32,000 nucleotides of DNA from Candidatus Babelota bacterium (lineage in GTDB: Bacteria > Babelota > Babeliae > Babelales > Vermiphilaceae): positions 510,001-542,000 of the forward strand of contig JBDHVY010000001.1 of assembly GCA_039809905.1 (NCBI GenBank), written 5' to 3'. Shown here piece after piece: positions 8,083-15,852 of this stretch. A program made the position numbers and the translations under genes. A model generated the notes under the pieces. The model saw only the letters and a program-made list of their open reading frames with translations, was not told the DNA's origin and searched no databases. Positions within the stretch are counted from its first letter, which is position 1; the number at the start of each line of letters is the position of its first letter.

Positions 8083-8668
8083 CCTCTAATCTTTTAAGGT
8101 TTGGTTATGTTCATTCACAATAAATACATTATCGGTATCTTCAATAGCATATTCCATCAAAGTTACCCAACAAAATAATGAAAAAATATTCTTATTTTTT
8201 TTAAATAGTTGCTATATGAAAAAAGATCATATGTGGTATCATTCTAGGATAATGACTAAGCCCCTTATAATCAAATAGTTTTTATAACTTTTTATTGAAA
8301 ATATATTCTTAAATTTTTTTCAACCTTCGAATTAAAATTAATACATTTAGAATAAAAACATTGTTGTGATGTTATATTTCCATTTCATCGACTACACAGA
8401 AAGAACTCATCATTTTTATTCAAAAAAAAGAGACCCGTTATAAATACAAACAAGAAAATGATTCCAAAAAACATTTTTTTAAAAAGGTCTAATCGTTAAT
8501 TTCTTACTTAAAAAGAATAATTTTATCTTTTTAAATACCTTATAAGTAATCTTATTGAAATAAATTTATAATTTTTTTTTAAAACTTATTAACTTTATCC
8601 ACAAAAATCTTCTATAATAGAAATAGGTCGTATAAAAATTGATACTTTATAACAAAAAAGAGCTTATT

Positions 8669-11600
8669 ATGAAACATTTTAATAGATTATGTATCTTTTT
8701 AATGGGGCTTTTAATCAATTTCTCCATAGCATGGAGCATGGATCGATCTTCCTTGCTTGGATCATTAGAATCCCCTCAAGTTCTTTCTAAAGCTGCTAAT
8801 AAACCAAATGATGATGTAGATAAGGCCATTATAAATCAAGACTCTCGTTATTTCCAGAATGATCTTAAAGCATTAATCAACGCTATTCCTTACTATACAA
8901 CACATGCTAAGGATAATAATACATCAAAACAAAACGCCCTAAATGCACTACAACTTTTGTATTTTCATCCTAAAAGTACGAATCACGATCTTATTCTCAA
9001 TGCTTTAAATGAAATAGCAGGAAATCAATCGATTTCACCCGACAATATGCAAAAGATTTTGCAACCATACCACCAGAAACAAGCTCCTCAATTGAAGCAA
9101 CCCTCACAACTAGCACGAGCACCGCAAATCAAAAAAAATGAAACGTCAAATTTTGATACAAAAATTTCTGACATTGAAAATGAGCTTGAAAACATTCAAA
9201 AAAACACAGTTCTAACTAAAAAAGAAAAGTTGCAACAAATAGAACATTTGTATAAAGAACTTGATTTAATCAGGTCTCGCTCTTTAAAAACAACAATCCC
9301 TAAATCAGCACCTTCAAAAATACAAATGTCCAATTGGGTTAGAATAGAAAAAGCTTTACAACAAGCTTATGAAAATATCAAAAACCCTCAAGCAACAACT
9401 TTTGCCTTGCAGTCTTCTGGTTTTCAAGATCAAGATAGATCTCAAGGATCATCACTCAACCAACTAGAAGAATCAATGTTTTATGAACCATCAGAAAATG
9501 AGCTCCTTGAAGAACTCAATATTACCGCTAGCAACATTATTAACAATTTAGAATGGTTACTTAAGATATCTAAGATTGAAAATGTTGATGAAATAAAGCA
9601 TCAACTTGGAAATATCCAGAAAATAAAACAACAGGTCCACGATTTTATTTTTCGTATGGTTCAACAAATTACCAATATAGAAAACATCCCTGTTAATTCA
9701 AAACGTTTAATTGATTTACAAGACATACGGCGAAAAATCAATGCTTTTGTTCCAGGACAAAAGTTAGATATAGAACTGCTTATAACTGAAGTAAAAGCAA
9801 TACAACAAATAACAATCGATAACATAAAAAACAAAGACTCTTTACAGGATCTTGGGACAAGCGCTCTTAGAATAAATGCAGCTGTAGAAAATTTAGAAAA
9901 AAAACGTATAAGAAAAGATAGAAGAACTGTTGTAGCAAGATTAAAGCAAGAGCATGAAGCTCTCAAAGAAATTGCTATTCCCATACAAGAAGATTTTAAA
10001 AGACCTATAACTGAAAGAATTTTCTCTCTAAAAGTTGGTGAAAAATATATAAATTTATTAAAACAACATATTGCAACACTAGAAGAATACGTAGATCTTC
10101 GACCAAGACTTAGAGAAAAAACTAAAGAAAATATTAAAAAGAATAGAGATACACTCGAAATTGCAATGAACCAGATATACAAATTTAAATATCCTTCAAT
10201 GCAAAAACCATGGATTATGGATATTTTTGATCAGATTAATCAGGCAGTACTGCTCAATAACGCAAAGCTGTTTAGAGAAGCGATTGAATCTTACAATAAA
10301 AAACTTTTTGTTTCAAAAACTAAATTTGAGGAATTAAATACAGCTGATGACTTTAAAAGAGAAACAATAAAAGCTTATGCTCAATCTTTATCTAAAACAT
10401 TGTCTCCCACGCAAGATACCATTCGAAAGAATGCTGCTCAATTAATTCCGCCTTATCTCGATCAATTATACAGCTATCAATTAGAAGAAAAAAATGTTGC
10501 TATGATTGAATTGGAAAAAGAGACTATTTTAAAAATCATTGCTTGTATATTCGATACTCCTAGTAATCCGTATGCGAACTTAATTAAAGATATTATTTCT
10601 TCTGAGCGGATATTAGATATAGAAAAAAGACACACATGTCTTCTTCTTGTGAATAAACAAGGAAATTTTTATCCAAAACTAAAATCTGCTGCTGTTCAAG
10701 AAATTATTGATAACATTGCAAAAGATTATAATGTATCATCTCATCAACAAAACTTTAAGCAACAACAAGATCAATTTATTGCTCAAGCTATAAAATGCCT
10801 TACTATCTTACCAACAATGGAACCAATACTTTCAGGAACATTACCAATCTCTAGAATTGGTGATAGTGAGATGGAAGATTATTTAGATAAAATAGAATTA
10901 TTAAATCGAAATATTAATGATTCTTCTATAAAAGAAAAGCTAGAAAAAATTTCAAAAGACATCTTGGATGAAAGTACAAAACGATTAAATGTTCGTATCA
11001 TTACACCTGTAACACCAGAAGAACCGAAAAAAGAAGAACCAACTAACCCAGAGATTACAACTTCTAGTAGTTCCGAAGAAAATCCATCGATTGAAGAAGA
11101 ACTCCCAAATGTTAATTGGAGTGATTTTGAGGAAATGGTTGCAGCACAACAAGAACCTACAAAGCCTACAAAATCAATGGTTGCTGTGCCAGCAAATGAA
11201 TCACCCGAAGGGGAACCTCAAGCTGAACAAAAAGCTATTATTAAGCCTAATGTTCCACAAATACCAACTGAACCTAAGCCAGAACCAAAACACGAATTGA
11301 GTAGAGAAATAGAACAAGCTGAACCTGGAACAGAACAAAAATCAGAGCCAACTGAATCTGACGCAGAAAAAATATTCGATATTTCTGAAGGAAAACCTGA
11401 ATGGTGGGGAAAATCGGAACGTCGCCCAGCTCAACCTGCGGTTGAAACAAATGAACAACCAAAACCTTATGAATGGGAAAAAATAGATAAACTTTATCCT
11501 CAACCAGAAACATCTAATACACCAGAATTACCAACCAACCAGTCATCATGGAAATCTATGTTGGATTCTACCTGGAAGTATATATCAACTAATGCTTATA

Positions 11601-11698
11601 GATGGTTCTTCGGAGATCAACAAAAATCAGAGCCTTATGAGTGGGTAAGACCTTATCAATGGGAAAAAATAGATAAACTTTATCCTCAACCAGAATAA
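8669..11698 (+). CDS. Very large exported alpha-helical orphan protein with an acidic, Pro-rich C-terminal region
   Basis: ORF 8639..11698. ATG 8669 gives MKHFNRLCIFLMGLLINFSIAWS, a signal peptide. The ~1009-aa product is rich in heptad-like K/E/Q/I/L sequence. The C-terminus is a PEEPKKEEP-type low-complexity region plus a repeated motif. No family recognised. Confidence 0.75.
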   Translation: MKHFNRLCIFLMGLLINFSIAWSMDRSSLLGSLESPQVLSKAANKPNDDVDKAIINQDSRYFQNDLKALINAIPYYTTHAKDNNTSKQNALNALQLLYFHPKSTNHDLILNALNEIAGNQSISPDNMQKILQPYHQKQAPQLKQPSQLARAPQIKKNETSNFDTKISDIENELENIQKNTVLTKKEKLQQIEHLYKELDLIRSRSLKTTIPKSAPSKIQMSNWVRIEKALQQAYENIKNPQATTFALQSSGFQDQDRSQGSSLNQLEESMFYEPSENELLEELNITASNIINNLEWLLKISKIENVDEIKHQLGNIQKIKQQVHDFIFRMVQQITNIENIPVNSKRLIDLQDIRRKINAFVPGQKLDIELLITEVKAIQQITIDNIKNKDSLQDLGTSALRINAAVENLEKKRIRKDRRTVVARLKQEHEALKEIAIPIQEDFKRPITERIFSLKVGEKYINLLKQHIATLEEYVDLRPRLREKTKENIKKNRDTLEIAMNQIYKFKYPSMQKPWIMDIFDQINQAVLLNNAKLFREAIESYNKKLFVSKTKFEELNTADDFKRETIKAYAQSLSKTLSPTQDTIRKNAAQLIPPYLDQLYSYQLEEKNVAMIELEKETILKIIACIFDTPSNPYANLIKDIISSERILDIEKRHTCLLLVNKQGNFYPKLKSAAVQEIIDNIAKDYNVSSHQQNFKQQQDQFIAQAIKCLTILPTMEPILSGTLPISRIGDSEMEDYLDKIELLNRNINDSSIKEKLEKISKDILDESTKRLNVRIITPVTPEEPKKEEPTNPEITTSSSSEENPSIEEELPNVNWSDFEEMVAAQQEPTKPTKSMVAVPANESPEGEPQAEQKAIIKPNVPQIPTEPKPEPKHELSREIEQAEPGTEQKSEPTESDAEKIFDISEGKPEWWGKSERRPAQPAVETNEQPKPYEWEKIDKLYPQPETSNTPELPTNQSSWKSMLDSTWKYISTNAYRWFFGDQQKSEPYEWVRPYQWEKIDKLYPQPE
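11465..11695 (+). repeat. 45-bp direct repeat (1 mismatch) at the 3' end of the 8669..11698 gene
   Basis: ccttatgaatgggaaaaaatagataaactttatcctcaaccagaa at 11465-11509 matches ccttatcaatggg...ccagaa at 11651-11695. It encodes PY(E/Q)WEKIDKLYPQPE. Confidence 0.85.
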
Positions 11699-11746
11699 CC
11701 TAAAAACCAAAACCCTAAACGATTGGTATAGGCTGATATAAAAAAC

Positions 11747-11792
11747 AACATTGTGCAAAATTTAAAAAAACTCTTAAATTTTGCACAATGTT
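11747..11792 (+). terminator. Long perfect hairpin downstream of 8669..11698; probable terminator without a U-tract
   Basis: aacattgtgcaaaattt (11747-11763) pairs with aaattttgcacaatgtt (11776-11792), a 17-bp perfect stem with a 12-nt loop. It lies 49 nt after the stop and has no T-run after it. Confidence 0.5.
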
Positions 11793-11925
11793 ATCAAATC
11801 ATTATGGATTCATTTGACTTAAATCCAATAGAAAGTTGGTTATTAATCAAGTTTTTGACATATCATAAAAAAAAAATCTATCATGATAATAAGTCAATAT
11901 AATAATTTTCTAAAGCAAAATCCCC

Positions 11926-14340
11926 ATGAAATATGTTTTTTTGATTATCATAGCAACATTATTTTCTACGTGTCAAAGTATGGATACATCAAAAGATTTT
12001 GTTTCAAAAATCTTGAATTTAACCCACACATGCATTAATGCTAATCAAGCAGATTTAAAAAATTGGGCAGCTGATGAGCAAAACCCTCTTTATACATTAC
12101 AATCAATGCTTGCAAAAGAAATGCCTTCTTTAGAGGCACATGCACCAATTGTATCTGCCAGCCTGTGTGATTTAAATCCCACCAACAAACTGTTATTGCA
12201 AAAAATAAGTATTATAAAAATTAAACAAAAAGATGACCAAACATATACTCTCGCAAAACAATATCTGAGAAATTTTCGATTAATTATTGTAAAACACAAT
12301 AATTTGATATCAGAAGAAAAAAATGCTCTTGGTAAAAAGAGCTCAAGCTTAGACATCTCTCAAACAGCAAAAACTGAAAACGTTGCTTATGCAAAACAAT
12401 TAATTGGAACTTCTGATCCTAGATTATTAGTTTTCGTACCTGATGAACTTGATCTTATGACACAATTAAGTGAACAACGATTAGATTTCAATACACGTAA
12501 AGAAAATAGTAAACAACCTTCAATTCAATGGTTACGAAAACAAAAAGAAATACTAGAGGAGTATCTATCTATTCAAACAGAATACACAAGCATCAATCCC
12601 ATTTTAAGTGATGAAAGAAAAAATGAACGATACAAAGTAGAATTAGAAAAAACAAAATTAGCAATACAAAAACACTTTATAAAAAACAGTATAAAAAAAG
12701 CAGCTGAAGCTTTTAATAAAAAACCTACTGATGAATTATTGTGCGATTACAGAGAACAACTCGAAAAATTACAAAAAATATCACCATCACCTGAAAAGGC
12801 AGAAATTCTAAAGGAAATACATTCCAAATTTTTTAATAAAATAACAGACGAGCTTGTTATTAAAGCAAAAAGCCCTTTATCGGCATTAAGAGATCAAAAA
12901 AAATATATTACTATTGATGCATTAAGAACTGTTGGGCTCATAATTGCTTTAGCTGACATCATTGAAGATACAGATCAAGAGCAAAAACAAAAAATTAAAG
13001 ATCTAGCACAGGAATCTTTTTTATTAAAAAAAAATCTTGCTCATCATTCTTTAATGCTCTACCCCTTGGAAATTCCATCCATGATAACTCAATGGGCTGA
13101 TTTTTACAGAGCATGTCTGAAAATTTGTGAAATTATTCCAGATTTTCCTATGCCATTTCCACATGTATTAGAGGAAAACACTGAAAATTTTAATGTTTTT
13201 TTTTCCAAAAACCAATATGCAGAAATTTTTAATATTACTCTTTTTCAACTGATAGAAATGTTTCCCTATGAAGGCAACAATGAAAACGCTATTTCGCCGA
13301 AATCCCATGCCTATAGTGAACTTTGTACAACATTATGCAAACAGCTTGCACTCTTGGAGAATGTACATTCTATCGTTGATGAAAACACTGTATTTAAGGA
13401 CCTTTTTGATATTATAAAAAAAGTAACATGGTGTAGAAACGCATATGGTACAAATATTGTTACCATTAATAAAATTATAGAACATTGCAACCTAATAGCT
13501 GAAAATTGCACCAATGTTCTTATCGAAAATATAAAAAGCAATAGTGATATGTACGTAGACTCAAATACTCATGACCTTGTAAAATACTATTTTTATGATG
13601 GAGCATGTACATTTGATTTGCACTATCAACGAGCATTAGCCGCTTTAGAAGATAAAGAACAAAAAGAAAAACAAAAAGCTCGTATACGAGAAGAAAAAAG
13701 AAAGCATGATGATGAAGAAGCTCAGAAAAAATATGCTCTTGCAGCAGCCATCAGACAACAAGAGATTTTAAGCAAATTAAAACCATATCAATCTGAAAAT
13801 CTTATACCACGAAAAATAGCTGACTTACAAATAAACATAAAAAACTTGATATCTTTACTCAGAGATGCTCCACAGCACGCACAAGTAATAGAGATATGCC
13901 ATAAGTATTTTGAAGAACTAAAAAAACAGATATCATCACATAATCTTGAACCTAAAGATATCGTTGATTATTTTCAACAATACAAAGCAATAAACAATAT
14001 AACAACTAACAATTCATTAAAAACATCTTATACCAATATACTCTTTGCATTCCTCAACAGATTATTACAGATGATAAAAATACGCAGCGGAGAATTCAAT
14101 AGTAAATCTGAAGCACAAAGATTATCTTTATATGAAAAATATCTTTCTGCCATAAATATAGATACTCCCGACCTCAAAGACCTTCTTGAGCAATTGCCCA
14201 CTGCTTGCAAAGATACAACGAATGAAAAAATCATGGGTATTCTAACCTCGCGATACACTATGTATGCTTTTATTGGACTCATTGTCGTAGGCTTGGCACA
14301 ATGGCAATTCAATCTCAATCATGCACTAGGAATCGGCTGA
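11926..14340 (+). CDS. Large exported alpha-helical orphan protein with a C-terminal hydrophobic anchor
   Basis: The 804-aa ORF has the signal peptide MKYVFLIIIATLFSTCQS and a charged coiled-coil-like stretch (EDKEQKEKQKARIREEKRKHDDEEAQKK). The C-terminal segment is MYAFIGLIVVGLAQWQF. No family recognised. Confidence 0.75.
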   Translation: MKYVFLIIIATLFSTCQSMDTSKDFVSKILNLTHTCINANQADLKNWAADEQNPLYTLQSMLAKEMPSLEAHAPIVSASLCDLNPTNKLLLQKISIIKIKQKDDQTYTLAKQYLRNFRLIIVKHNNLISEEKNALGKKSSSLDISQTAKTENVAYAKQLIGTSDPRLLVFVPDELDLMTQLSEQRLDFNTRKENSKQPSIQWLRKQKEILEEYLSIQTEYTSINPILSDERKNERYKVELEKTKLAIQKHFIKNSIKKAAEAFNKKPTDELLCDYREQLEKLQKISPSPEKAEILKEIHSKFFNKITDELVIKAKSPLSALRDQKKYITIDALRTVGLIIALADIIEDTDQEQKQKIKDLAQESFLLKKNLAHHSLMLYPLEIPSMITQWADFYRACLKICEIIPDFPMPFPHVLEENTENFNVFFSKNQYAEIFNITLFQLIEMFPYEGNNENAISPKSHAYSELCTTLCKQLALLENVHSIVDENTVFKDLFDIIKKVTWCRNAYGTNIVTINKIIEHCNLIAENCTNVLIENIKSNSDMYVDSNTHDLVKYYFYDGACTFDLHYQRALAALEDKEQKEKQKARIREEKRKHDDEEAQKKYALAAAIRQQEILSKLKPYQSENLIPRKIADLQINIKNLISLLRDAPQHAQVIEICHKYFEELKKQISSHNLEPKDIVDYFQQYKAINNITTNNSLKTSYTNILFAFLNRLLQMIKIRSGEFNSKSEAQRLSLYEKYLSAINIDTPDLKDLLEQLPTACKDTTNEKIMGILTSRYTMYAFIGLIVVGLAQWQFNLNHALGIG

Positions 14341-15779
14341 TATAAAAAACAAGATTGAGTAAGATCTAAAAACTTTTTTAGATCTTGCTCAATCTTATTA
14401 AATAGTTCTTCTTTAGCAATTACTCCATTAAACAATTTCTGTACCTCAGCTGTTCCCATTGCTTTATTAAATGCTGCAGAAAAAGAAAATGGTATTTCTT
14501 CTTTTTTAAAAAATTCTAATATCGCAATGAATAATTCAAAAGAACGTAATTGACTGATATCAGAAAACTCCAAACGTAATCCTTTGCTCTTGCGATTATT
14601 TTTTGGATTTGTGTGATGATACAAAAAACTTTTTACCCCAAATGAACTAAACACCTTTTGTAATCGTCTCCATACATCTTGCGATATATTCATGTGCTTT
14701 GGTAATGCAATACATCTAAATGCCATATTAGTGCCAACACCTACATCAAAAGGTTCCACTTCACCTAAAAGACCCAGAAAACTATATCCATAACATGATT
14801 GTAATGATTGCAAATTAGGAGATAATTGATGAATAAATGTACCCATAAATCCTTTACTGCGATCATATTCTTGCATTGGTATAATAGATAAAGAAAGAGG
14901 TTTATCAATGATATTTTTATTAAAATAAGTAGCTAATTCGCCAATCGTCATGCCATGCCGCAATGGAATAGATGCAATGGAAATGAATGATATTAAATCT
15001 GGCTGCACCAATGGTCCTTGCATCAAAGAACCTAAAGGATTGGGGCGATCCAACACTATATATTGTTTTTTATATTCTGCAGCAATTTTCATGGTATTAA
15101 GCAAGGTAGAAATATAGGTATAATGGCGCATACCAGAATCTTGAATATCAAATATCAAGCAATCAAGTTCATTCATATGTTCAGCTGAAATCATTTTACC
15201 TGAACCATTACCATACAAACTCAAAACAGGAATTTTTGTTTTTTTATCAACAGAATCATGAACATCACGTTCAGCAAGAGTACCATTCAAACCATGCTCT
15301 GGTACAAAAATATATTTTACTGCAATGCCTTCATGCGCAAGAATATCAACAGTACGTTTTCCTTTTTGATCAACACCCGTTTGATTAGTAATTAATCCAA
15401 TAACACACGATTCTTTTTTTGCATCAGTACATATTGTTTGTATTAATGATGTTGGAATATTTTCAACACCCAGTTTGAATGCAGCATGTGCGTTAAAGAA
15501 AATGAAAAATATGGTATATGTGTGCAGTAACTGAAAGTTTGCTCTAAAAATAACTCTCTTCTTATCTAAATTTATTCCTTGTCCGCTCGCCCTGAACGCA
15601 GTGTTGACTGCTGAGCATAGTCGAAGCATCAGGGCGAGCGCAGAGAGTCTGAACATAATATTGCTCACTGAATTCAATCGAAGCATCAGGACAGACACAA
15701 AAATAAAAATAAAGACATTAGATAATTTTGGACTTTTTAATAAATTCGCATTCATAAGCATTTCCCTTATTATATGCAA
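14319..15779 (-). CDS. DUF1343 / NamZ-family exo-beta-N-acetylmuramidase-like protein; N-terminus uncertain
   Basis: Family motifs are VIGLITNQTGVD, FVPEHGLNG, IFDIQDSGMRHYTYISTL and VLDRPNPLG. The conserved domain starts near aa 100 of the ORF. The first ~75 codons are built from GC-rich palindromic repeat units. A signal-peptide-like FRANFQLLHTYTIFFIFFNAHA has no canonical start codon in front of it. Confidence 0.8.
   Translation of the reverse strand: MHIIREMLMNANLLKSPKLSNVFIFIFVSVLMLRLNSVSNIMFRLSALALMLRLCSAVNTAFRASGQGINLDKKRVIFRANFQLLHTYTIFFIFFNAHAAFKLGVENIPTSLIQTICTDAKKESCVIGLITNQTGVDQKGKRTVDILAHEGIAVKYIFVPEHGLNGTLAERDVHDSVDKKTKIPVLSLYGNGSGKMISAEHMNELDCLIFDIQDSGMRHYTYISTLLNTMKIAAEYKKQYIVLDRPNPLGSLMQGPLVQPDLISFISIASIPLRHGMTIGELATYFNKNIIDKPLSLSIIPMQEYDRSKGFMGTFIHQLSPNLQSLQSCYGYSFLGLLGEVEPFDVGVGTNMAFRCIALPKHMNISQDVWRRLQKVFSSFGVKSFLYHHTNPKNNRKSKGLRLEFSDISQLRSFELFIAILEFFKKEEIPFSFSAAFNKAMGTAEVQKLFNGVIAKEELFNKIEQDLKKFLDLTQSCFLYQPIPSA
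15584..15691. repeat. GC-rich palindromic repeat unit plus a degenerate tandem copy, inside the namZ-like ORF 5' region
   Basis: cgctcgccctga (15584-15595) and tcagggcgagcg (15629-15640) form a perfect 12-bp inverted repeat with a 33-nt spacer. An AT-shifted tandem copy, tctgaac...tcgaagcatcagga, lies at 15648-15691. The half-site recurs at 26278-26293. Confidence 0.8.
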
Positions 15780-15852
15780 TTCTTAACCTATTATTTTTAA
15801 AAAATAACAAATTACACTATACTACCTACCAATATTCAAAATAATCATCACT

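Noticed and set aside
5646-8123. Multiple 60-117-aa ORFs inside or antisense to nrdA and nrdB (for example 5646..5897, 6159..6431, 6977..7273, 7652..8005 and 5250..5432).
   Set aside because: They fall entirely within the strongly supported nrdA and nrdB reading frames. They have low-complexity or atypical composition and no ribosome-binding sites.
8083-8668. I looked for NrdR boxes or other operators in the 585-bp AT-rich spacer upstream of nrdA.
   Set aside because: I found only weak partial palindromes (for example gatcatatgtggtatc). Nothing matched the 16-bp NrdR consensus convincingly. A TATAAT at 8613-8618 with TTAACT 18 nt upstream is a plausible promoter for 8669, but it cannot be told apart from AT-rich background.
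14319-14340. A 22-bp overlap of the convergent 3' ends of 11926..14340 (+) and 14319..15779 (-).
   Set aside because: Short convergent overlaps are common in compact genomes and I saw no structure or repeat there. I note it only as a lack of terminator space.
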